A DNA stretch of 37,849 nt, from contig CALAEC010000138.1 in NCBI GenBank assembly GCA_937890785.1, positions 1 to 37,849 on the forward strand. Reading direction: 5' to 3'. The stretch is from an uncultured Actinomycetes bacterium. Lineage in GTDB: Bacteria > Actinomycetota > UBA4738 > CALAEC01. The translations under genes were made by a program, and so were the position numbers. Positions 1-7,346 of this stretch are shown piece by piece. Each line of letters begins with the position of its first letter. Within the stretch, counting starts at the first letter, position 1. The notes beneath the pieces were generated by a model. The model was not told where the DNA came from, made no database searches, and worked only from the letters and a program-made list of their open reading frames with translations.

Positions 1-1799
1 TCCACGATCGGCTCGAGGAGGACCACCCCGGCCTTCTCCGCGGCGTCCTTCAGGGCCAGCGAGCCGGCGATCTGGAAGGCCATGTCGGACGAGTCGACGC
101 TGTGGAACTTGCCGTCGAAGAGCGTGACCCGGAGGTCCACCATCTGGTGGCCGGTCACGCCGGTCTCCATCGCCTTGACCAGGCCTTTCTCGACCGAGGG
201 GATGAACTGGCTGGGGATCACGCCGCCGGTGATCTTGTTGACGAACTCGAAGCCGGCGCCACGGTCCAGCGGCTCCACCTCGATGTGGGCGATCCCGTAC
301 TGGCCGTGCCCTCCGCTCTGCTTGACGTGCCGCCCCAGCGCCTGGACCTTCTGGCGGATCGTCTCCTTGTAGGGCACCCGGGCCGGATGGGTCACGACCT
401 CGACGCCGTACTTGCGGGCCATCCGCTCGGTCATCACGTCGATGTGGGTCTCGCCCATCCCGTACAGGACGGTCTGGTTCGTCTCCTGGCTGCGGCGGAC
501 CCGGAACGTGGGGTCCTCCTCCTGGAGCCGGGCGAACGCGCTGGAGAGCTTGTCCTCGTCGCCCTGGGTCTTCGGCTCGACCGCCACCGCGTGGAGGGGC
601 TCGGGGAGCTCGAGCGCCGGGAGCGTCGCCGTCGAGCCCTTGTCGCCCAGCGTGTCGCCCGTGTGGGTCTCCGAGAGCTTGGCCACCGAGCCGATGTCCC
701 CGGCGGGCACCTCGGACACGGTTTCGTGCTCCTTCCCGCGCATCGTGAACAGCTGGCCGACCCGCTCGTCCTTCCCCTGGGTGGTGTTCCGCACGGTGGA
801 GTCAGGGCGCATCCGACCGGACAGCACCCGGAACAGGTTGATCCGGCCGACGTACGGGTCGGAGATCGTCTTGAACACGAACGCGGTCAGCGCGCCGTCG
901 GGATCGATGGCCCGTTCCTCCTCCTCGCCGTCCTTCGTCATTACCTTCACCGGCGGGCGGTCGGTGGGGGAGGGGAAGGCGTCGACGATCAGGTCGGCCA
1001 GGCGGTCGACCCCGATCCCCTTGGAGGCCGAGCCGAGCAGGACCGGCGCCAGCTTGGCCTCCACCAACCCGGCCTTGACCCCGCGGACGATCTCCCCCTC
1101 GGCCAGCTCGCCCGCTTCGAGGTATTGCTCCAGCAGCGCGTCGTCGGCCTCGGCCACTGCCTCGACGAGCTTCTCCCGGTAGGGATCGGCCTTCCCGGCG
1201 ATGTCGTCCGGCCACTCGCCCTCCTCGCCCCTCGGGCCGGAGGGGTACCGGAAGGCCTTCCGGGACAGCAGGTCCGCCACGCCCTCGAAGTCGTGCTCCT
1301 CGCCGATCGGGTACTGCAGCGGGGCGGCCTGCGAGCCGAAGGACCGGACCAGGTCGTCCAGGGTCCGGTCGAACGAGGCTCGCTCACGGTCGAGCTTGTT
1401 GAGGAAGAACGCGCGGGGGAGGCCGTGCTCGACGGCGAGCTCCCACACAACCTCGTGCTGGACCTCGACGCCGTCGACGGCCGACACCACGAACAGGCAG
1501 GCGTCCACGGCGCGGAGCGCGGCCCGGACATCCCCGATGAAGTCGGCGTACCCGGGAGCGTCGAGGACGTTGAGCTTCACCCCTCGCCACTCGAACGGTG
1601 TCGTCGTGAGCGACACGCTGATCTGCCTCTTCGTCTCCTCCGGCTCGAAGTCACTGGTGGTGTTGCCGTCCTCGACGGTACCCATGCGGGTGACGGCGCC
1701 GCCGAGGAACAGCAGGGCCTCCGCGAGCGTGGTCTTCCCGGACCCGCCGTGCCCGACGAGGAGGACGTTGCGGATGCTGCTGGGGTCGTAGGTCTTCAC
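1..1799 (-). CDS. Elongation factor G-like GTPase (EF-G paralog). The C-terminal end runs off the window.
   Basis: The reverse-complement translation from GTG at 1799 reads [31 protein letters not shown]...[11 protein letters not shown]...NKLDRE...[60 protein letters not shown]. G1, G3 and G4 motifs and EF-G domains IV/V are present. A GGGAG SD sits about 6 nt upstream. The ORF is open to position 1, so it is absent from the ORF track. Confidence 0.85.
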   Translation of the reverse strand, partial: [599 protein letters not shown]

Positions 1800-1891
1800 G
1801 CTGGCTCCCGGATCGGTGGACGAGCCCCGATTCTAGCGCGGGCTCCACGAGCCCCCGGCGGCGGCAGGGCCCCTGCTAGGCTCGGTGGCCC

Positions 1892-2410
1892 ATGGAACCC
1901 CGCGACCGGCCCGCGGTGGGCGTGGCCCTCCTGGCGGCGATCCTGCTCGCAGCCGGCGCCGCAGCAGCCCTGGTCTTGACGGATCGATGGCCACTGGCCG
2001 CGCTGGCGACCGCGGTTGCGGCGGCAGCGGTTACGGTCACCGGCCGTCGGGCCAAGTACACCGAGGACCGCCGGCTCACGTTCGCCGACTCGGCGGCGGA
2101 GCGAACCGGCGACGCGGTGGTCCTGGCCGCTGTGGCCTGGGCCACGATCGAGGAGCCCGCGGTCTCGGCGGCGGCGCTCTCCGCCCTGGTGCTGGGCTAC
2201 CTGGCCACCTACATGCGGGCCAAGGCCACCGGCCTCGGTTTCATGGTGGAGGAGTCGCTGATCGCCCGGGGAAGCCGGATCGGACTGGTCGTTCTGGGGC
2301 TGGCCTGGCGGGACGCGCTCGGCCCGGCGCTGTGGGCCGCGTCCGCCGTCTCCCTGTTCTCGGTGATGCGAGAGGCCGTCGAGGTGGGGCGCCAGCGGGA
2401 GCCGGCGTGA
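1892..2410 (+). CDS. Short polytopic membrane protein of the CDP-alcohol phosphatidyltransferase (PgsA1-like) family with a degenerate catalytic motif
   Basis: 172 aa with about 5-6 hydrophobic helices. YMRAKATGLGFMVEESLIARGSRIGLVVLG resembles the PgsA1 segment Y-x-K-A-R-A-E-x-G-L...ERPERL. TGRRAK..FADSAAERTGD aligns by eye to DGxxAR..GxxxDxxxD. It occupies the first position of the PIM operon. An in-frame TAG at 1877-1879 prevents any longer N-terminus. Confidence 0.5.
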   Translation: MEPRDRPAVGVALLAAILLAAGAAAALVLTDRWPLAALATAVAAAAVTVTGRRAKYTEDRRLTFADSAAERTGDAVVLAAVAWATIEEPAVSAAALSALVLGYLATYMRAKATGLGFMVEESLIARGSRIGLVVLGLAWRDALGPALWAASAVSLFSVMREAVEVGRQREPA

Positions 2411-3357
2411 GCCGCGACGAGCGGGCGTCCGAGCGAATCTCGTACGCGGCGTTCGCCGCGGCCGAACGCGCGGCCATGGTCCTCCCCGAGTTCGTGGGGA
2501 GGCGCCTGTTCGACCTGGCCGCGCTGGCGGCGTTCCGGCTGGCCGCGGGACCGCGCGCCGTGGTGGCCGACCACCTCCGCCGGGTGCTTGGCAGGCCGGC
2601 CGGCTCGCCGGTGGTGCGCGCGGCCACCAAGGAAGCCTTCCGGTCCTACGGGCGCTACTGGTACGACACGTTCCGCATCCGCGTGATGCCGGACCCGGAG
2701 TTCCGGTCCAGGGTCCGGTTCGAGGGGATGGGGAACATCGAGCGGGCGCTCGAAACGGGTCGCGGCGCGGTCCTGGCGCTGCCGCACCTGGGGAACTGGG
2801 ACGTGGCCGGCTCCTACGTGGCGGGGACCGGGAAGTCGGTGACGGCTGTGGCCGAGCTCCTTCGTCCGGAGCGGCTATTCCAACTGTTCCTCGAGCACCG
2901 CCGGGCCCTCGGCATGGGCATCGTCCCGCTGGAGGACGACCGCGGTGTGGCCGAGGAGCTGGTCCGGCTGATCGGCGAGAACGAGCTGATCGCGCTGGTG
3001 GCCGACCGGGACCTGAGGGGGCGGGGCGTCGAGGTGGAGATGTTCGGCGAGACCAGGAAGATGCCGGCTGGCCCGGCGATGCTGTCGCTGTTCACCGGCT
3101 CGCCGCTTCTCCCCGCGGCTTGCTACGACCTCGAGGACGGCTGGCTGGTCGACATCGGCGAGCCCATCGAGATCGAGCGGTCCGGATCGATGCGCGCCGA
3201 CGTCACCGCGCTGACCCGGCTCCTGGCGAAGCGGTTCGAGCGGGCGATCTCGGCGGCGCCGACCCAGTGGCACATGTTCCAGCCGGCGTGGGAACCGTCC
3301 CGGGCGGGGGCGCGGGCCACCGGCCCGGCGGCGGCCGCGGCCGGCGCCTCGCCATGA
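2407..3357 (+). CDS. Lysophospholipid/lipid A-type acyltransferase (LpxL/HtrB family), likely a phosphatidylinositol mannoside acyltransferase (PatA-like)
   Basis: The GTG at 2407 overlaps the upstream stop (GTGA). An HX4D acyltransferase motif is present in LPHLGNWD. ADRD..G..V.FFG-type segments are present (LVADRDLRGRGVEVEMFGETRKMPAGPAMLS). The gene lies between the pgsA-like gene and pimA. Confidence 0.8.
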   Translation: MSRDERASERISYAAFAAAERAAMVLPEFVGRRLFDLAALAAFRLAAGPRAVVADHLRRVLGRPAGSPVVRAATKEAFRSYGRYWYDTFRIRVMPDPEFRSRVRFEGMGNIERALETGRGAVLALPHLGNWDVAGSYVAGTGKSVTAVAELLRPERLFQLFLEHRRALGMGIVPLEDDRGVAEELVRLIGENELIALVADRDLRGRGVEVEMFGETRKMPAGPAMLSLFTGSPLLPAACYDLEDGWLVDIGEPIEIERSGSMRADVTALTRLLAKRFERAISAAPTQWHMFQPAWEPSRAGARATGPAAAAAGASP

Positions 3358-4445
3358 AGGTGGCCCTGGCGTGTCCGTACGCCTGGGACGCGCCGGGGGG
3401 CGTCCAGACCCACGTTCGCCAGCTGGCGGCGCGCCTGCGAGGCCGCGGCCACGAGGTCCTGGTGGTGGCGCCGTCGACCGGGCGGCCGGCCGAACCATAC
3501 GTCCGCTCGGTGGGGCGCCCGATCCGGATCCCGTACAACGAGTCGGTGGCGCCGGTGGCGCCGACGCTCCGCGCTCGAGGCCGGGTGCGGGACGCCCTGC
3601 GGGCGTTCCGGCCCGACGTCGTCCACGCGCACGAGCCGCTGGTGCCCGGGGTGGGGATGTTCGCGGTCCGGGCCACGGACCGCCCGGTCGTGGGGACGTT
3701 CCACGCCTTCGCCCAACGCTCGGCGCTGTTCGCCGCCGCCGGGCCGATCCTGCGTCCGCTGTGGCGGCGGCTCGACGTTCGCATCGCGGTGTCTCGAGCT
3801 GCCGCAGAGTTCGTCCGGAAGCGGATCGGCCGCGGCGGGATCAGGGTGATCCCCAACGGCGTCGAGGTCGAGCTGTTTGCCGAAGCCATCCCCGCCAGGC
3901 TCCCCGAGGGCCGGCGGATCCTGTTCGTGAACAGGCTCGACCGGCGCAAGGGGTTCCCGGTGATGATCGAGGCGTTCCGTCTCATCGCGGCTCGACGGTC
4001 GGAGGCCGTCCTCGTCGTGGCCGGGGACGGGGGTGATCGGGACGCGATCCGGGCCCTGTCGCCGGCGGTCCGCGCACGGGTGGTGATGCTCGGGACCGTC
4101 CCTCACCGACGCCTGCCCCCGTACCATGCCGCCTCGGAGGTGTTCTGCGCCCCAGCCACCGGTCGCGAGTCGTTCGGCATCGTGCTGGTCGAGGCCATGG
4201 CCGCGGGCCTGCCGGTGGTGGCCAGCGACATCCCCGGGTACCGCGAGGTGGTCCGCGACGGGGTGGAGGGCATCCTGGTGCCGCCGGGGGACCCCGGGGC
4301 GGTGGCCGGGGCCGTCGACGGGATCCTCGGCGACTCGGAGCAGGGCGCATCGCTCGGGGCGGCGGGCCGGGAGCGGGCCCGTGAGTACTCGTGGGACGCC
4401 GTGGCCGCCGAGGTCGAATCGGTGTACCGCGAGGTGGCCGGCTAG
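3354..4445 (+). CDS. pimA: GT4 glycosyltransferase, phosphatidylinositol alpha-mannosyltransferase-like
   Basis: The ATG at 3354 overlaps the upstream stop (ATGA). The protein begins MKVALACPYAWDAPGGVQTHVRQLA. An EX7E motif is present in ESFGIVLVEAMAAGLPVVASD. Operon context matches the PIM acyltransferase cluster. Confidence 0.8.
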   Translation: MKVALACPYAWDAPGGVQTHVRQLAARLRGRGHEVLVVAPSTGRPAEPYVRSVGRPIRIPYNESVAPVAPTLRARGRVRDALRAFRPDVVHAHEPLVPGVGMFAVRATDRPVVGTFHAFAQRSALFAAAGPILRPLWRRLDVRIAVSRAAAEFVRKRIGRGGIRVIPNGVEVELFAEAIPARLPEGRRILFVNRLDRRKGFPVMIEAFRLIAARRSEAVLVVAGDGGDRDAIRALSPAVRARVVMLGTVPHRRLPPYHAASEVFCAPATGRESFGIVLVEAMAAGLPVVASDIPGYREVVRDGVEGILVPPGDPGAVAGAVDGILGDSEQGASLGAAGRERAREYSWDAVAAEVESVYREVAG

Positions 4446-4855
4446 CGTCGCCGGCAGGACGCGCACAGGCCGTACACGTCGGCCCGGTGACCCGTGACCG
4501 CGAAGCCGCGACGCCGCCCCACGGCCGAGGCCCAGTCCTCGACCTCGCACGAGGGGATCGTCACGACCTGGCCGCACCGCTCGCAGATCAGATGATGGTG
4601 ATGATCGACCTCGCACAGCTTGTAGGCCACCTCGCCCTCCCCGGCGGGGAACGTCTCCGCGGTCCCCGCGTTCGCGAGGGCCCGGAGCGTCCGGTACACG
4701 GTGGCCAGCCCGGGCCCGCCCCGTCCGCGGATCTCTTCGTGGAGAGCCTGGGCCGTGACCGGCCGCCGCTTCCCTTCCAGGGCCCGGATGACGGCCACCC
4801 GCTGAGGAGTCGCCCGGAGCCCCGACACGGTGGCGAGGGCGGCGGCCTCGGTCAC
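4442..4855 (-). CDS. zur: Fur-family metalloregulator, Zur-like
   Basis: The 137-aa product runs VTEAAALATVSGLRATPQRVAVIRAL...VDHHHHLICERCGQV...GLCASC. It has a winged-helix N-terminus, an HHHHLxCxxC motif and a C-terminal CxxC. Its GTG overlaps the permease stop (GTGA), making it the last gene of the metal ABC operon. Confidence 0.8.
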   Translation of the reverse strand: MTEAAALATVSGLRATPQRVAVIRALEGKRRPVTAQALHEEIRGRGGPGLATVYRTLRALANAGTAETFPAGEGEVAYKLCEVDHHHHLICERCGQVVTIPSCEVEDWASAVGRRRGFAVTGHRADVYGLCASCRRR

Positions 4856-5688
4856 GCCGTCCTCCTGGGCCGGTGGCCCACGGCCGTCCGCCGGCCGACC
4901 AGCGCGAACCCCACGAACGCCACGATCGCCGTGAGGACGATCGTCCCACCGGGGACCAGACCGCCGTGCCACGCCGCCACCATCAGCCCCAGCCAGGCCG
5001 AGGCGGCACCGACGCCAACCGCCCACCCCAGGGTGGCCCGGAACGAGTGGGCCACCTTCGAACCGGCCGCCACCGGCACCACCATCAGGGCCGCGACCAG
5101 GAGCAGGCCGACCACTCGCATGCCCCCGACCACCAGCAGAGCGGTCAGCGCCACCAGGGCCAGGTTCAGCGCGTCGACCGGCAGTCCACCGGCGCGGGCG
5201 GTGTCCTCGTCGAGGGCCACGGCCAGCAGCGGTCGGTACAGCACCAGCACGGCCCCGACCACGATCGCCCCGAGGAGGGCTATCACTCCGACGTCGGCCC
5301 ACGACAGGGCGAAGAGCGTCCCGAACAGCACGCCGAGGACCGACGTGTCGAATCGCCCCGCCAGGCTCAGGCCCACGGCGCCGGCGGCGATGCCGAGGTA
5401 GAAGACCAGGGCCAGGGAGAGATCGCCGGTCAGGCGTCCCCGGACCCGAAGGCCCTCGAGCAGCACGGCACCCAGCAGGGCCACCACCATCGCGCCGGCC
5501 ACGCCGGAGACGCCCACCAAGACGCCGATGGCCACACCGGCCAGGGCCAGGTGGCCGATGCCGTCGCCGACCAGCGAGAGCCGACGCTGCACCAGGAACG
5601 CGCCCACGACCGGGGCCACCAGCCCGACCACCGTGGCCGCCAGCAGAGCTCGCCTGCCGAAGTCGGAGGTGAACAGGACGTCGATCAC
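4852..5688 (-). CDS. Metal (Zn/Mn) ABC transporter permease, ABC-3/ZnuB-like
   Basis: VIDVLFTSDFGRRALLAATVVGLVAPVVGAFLVQRRLSLVGDGIGHLALAGVA... is a polytopic ABC-3 family pattern. The GTG at 5688 overlaps the ATPase stop (GTGA). Confidence 0.85.
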   Translation of the reverse strand: MIDVLFTSDFGRRALLAATVVGLVAPVVGAFLVQRRLSLVGDGIGHLALAGVAIGVLVGVSGVAGAMVVALLGAVLLEGLRVRGRLTGDLSLALVFYLGIAAGAVGLSLAGRFDTSVLGVLFGTLFALSWADVGVIALLGAIVVGAVLVLYRPLLAVALDEDTARAGGLPVDALNLALVALTALLVVGGMRVVGLLLVAALMVVPVAAGSKVAHSFRATLGWAVGVGAASAWLGLMVAAWHGGLVPGGTIVLTAIVAFVGFALVGRRTAVGHRPRRTA

Positions 5689-6371
5689 CGGCCGACGTCC
5701 TCGAGCGTGTGGAACTCGTCGTGGCCGACGTCGCGGACGCGGCCGTCCTCCATGAACAGGATCCGATCGCACACGTCGTGGAAGTCCTCTGGATCGTGCG
5801 AGACCACCACCACTGCCGCGCCGGCGTCGGCCCGGCGGCGGAGCTCTCCGACCAGGTGCGGTCGGAAGGCCCGGTCGATCCCCGTGGTCGGCTCGTCGAG
5901 GATCAGCACGGGCCGGTCGCCGACCAGGGCCCGGGCGATCACGGCGCGCTGCTGCTGGCCGCCCGAGAGCTCGAACACACACTCTGCGCCGAGCTCGGTC
6001 AACCCGACCGCTGCCAGAGCGATGTCCACGTCGCCGTCCCGTCGCGGGCCGCTCCAGCCTTTCACCAGGCCCGAGGCCACCACCTCGGTGACCGAGACCG
6101 GGAGCACCATCCGTCCCGGAGATCCCTGCGGGGCGTACCCGATCGATCGACGGGCGACAGGATCGGAGGCGGGGCGCCCGAGGACCACCACGTCGCCTCG
6201 ATCGGGGGAGAGGAGTCCCACCACCAGACGGATCAGGGTGGACTTGCCCGAACCGTTCGGGCCGGTGAGCACGACCAGCTGGCCTGTGTCGACGCGCACG
6301 TCCAGGCCGTCGATGACCGGGACGGTCCCGTAGCCGAACCGGAGGCCGCGGCCCTCGATGGCCGCGGTCAT
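5685..6371 (-). CDS. Metal ABC transporter ATP-binding protein (ZnuC-like)
   Basis: Walker A GPNGSGKST, signature LSGGQQQR and Walker B LILDEP are present. The start is MTAAIEGRGLRFGY at 6371, in an ATGA overlap with the binding-protein gene. Confidence 0.85.
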   Translation of the reverse strand: MTAAIEGRGLRFGYGTVPVIDGLDVRVDTGQLVVLTGPNGSGKSTLIRLVVGLLSPDRGDVVVLGRPASDPVARRSIGYAPQGSPGRMVLPVSVTEVVASGLVKGWSGPRRDGDVDIALAAVGLTELGAECVFELSGGQQQRAVIARALVGDRPVLILDEPTTGIDRAFRPHLVGELRRRADAGAAVVVVSHDPEDFHDVCDRILFMEDGRVRDVGHDEFHTLEDVGR

Positions 6372-7294
6372 CCGCAGCCCAGGCCCTCCCGGAGCGACTC
6401 CAGGTTGTCCTCCATCACGGACAGATAGTCCCCCGACGGCGGCTCGGATTCCAGCGTCCCCAGGGGCAGGGCCGGAACACCGAAGTCGGAGGCCACCGAC
6501 TCGGCGATCCGCCTGGCCTCGCCGCCCGCCTCGTAGAACACCGCGCTCGCCTCGCCGCTCTCGAGCGCGGCCCCGGCTTCGCCGAGTCGTTCGATGGTCG
6601 GCTCGGCCTCCGGGGACAGACCGGTGAGCCCGATCTGCCGGAGGCCGTACGCCTCGGCCAGGTAGCCGAACGCCTCGTGCGAGACCACCATGACGTCGGC
6701 CCGGCACCCTTCGAGCTGGTCCCGATACGCCTGGTCGAGGGCCTCCAGCTCGGCCCGGAGATCGGCCGCTCTCTCGCGAAAGCCGTCGGAACCCTCGACA
6801 TCCGCGGCCGCCAGACCGTCGGCCACCCGATCGACCATGACGGCGAACAGCCGCGGGTCCAGCCACGCGTGTGGGTCCGCTGTCTCCTCGACGTGGCCCT
6901 CCTCCTCCGCTCCTTCCTCTTCCTCCTCGGGGACCGGTGGCGCCAGCTCGATGCCGTCGGCGGCGGCCACCACCTCTCCCGAGACCTCCGGGACGACCTC
7001 CTCGACCTGGGGTTGGAACCCGATGTCCCCGAGATAGAGGAGGACGTCGGCGTCCTCGATGGCGGCGCGGTCCTCCAGAGACAGCTCCACGTCGTGGGCC
7101 TCGGTCCCCGGTGGGGTCAGGTCGATCACCCGCCAACCTGGCCCGGCCACGCGCTCCGCCGCGTAGGCCAGGGGATAGAAGGAAGCCACGGCGCTCGGGG
7201 CGTCGCCCGAGGCCGAACACCCCGCCGCGAGCGCCGCGACCAGCACCGCGACCAGCACCGCGCCCGCTCGCCGCACCGCAGCTATCCGTCGCAT
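6368..7294 (-). CDS. Metal ABC transporter substrate-binding lipoprotein (ZnuA/TroA cluster A-I)
   Basis: A signal peptide with lipobox LAAGC is present. Metal-site segments are GTEAHDVE, DPHAWLDP and VSHEAFGYL. The flexible loop is acidic: PEEEEEGAEEEGHVEE. Confidence 0.85.
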   Translation of the reverse strand: MRRIAAVRRAGAVLVAVLVAALAAGCSASGDAPSAVASFYPLAYAAERVAGPGWRVIDLTPPGTEAHDVELSLEDRAAIEDADVLLYLGDIGFQPQVEEVVPEVSGEVVAAADGIELAPPVPEEEEEGAEEEGHVEETADPHAWLDPRLFAVMVDRVADGLAAADVEGSDGFRERAADLRAELEALDQAYRDQLEGCRADVMVVSHEAFGYLAEAYGLRQIGLTGLSPEAEPTIERLGEAGAALESGEASAVFYEAGGEARRIAESVASDFGVPALPLGTLESEPPSGDYLSVMEDNLESLREGLGCG

Positions 7295-7297
7295 GGC

Positions 7298-7318
7298 TGA
7301 GAATGATAACCATTCTCA
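7298..7318. promoter_or_regulatory. Fur-family (Zur-type) operator palindrome upstream of the metal ABC operon
   Basis: TGAGAATGATAACCATTCTCA is a 21-bp palindrome with 9 of 10 arm pairs complementary. The core GAGAATGATAACCATTCTC matches the classical Fur box GATAATGATAATCATTATC at 16/19 positions. It lies 4 nt upstream of the znuA-like ATG and is the most AT-rich spot in the region. Confidence 0.7.
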
Positions 7319-7346
7319 TCTGGAAGGTGCAAGCCGGTCGGCCCGG

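Noticed and set aside
1876-1885. An identical 10-mer CTAGGCTCGG at 1876-1885 and 26131-26140. A related CCTAGGCT also occurs at 15146-15153.
   Set aside because: Exact repeated 10-mers are expected many times by chance in 38 kb on two strands. Only the TAGGCT (TANNNT) part is plausibly functional, as a -10 element. This is not evidence of a repeat family.
102-1979. A 625-aa plus-strand ORF
   Set aside because: It is antisense to the clearly homologous EF-G-like gene. Its translation is Leu/Arg/Gly/Asp/Val-rich with no motifs. This is a high-GC artefact.
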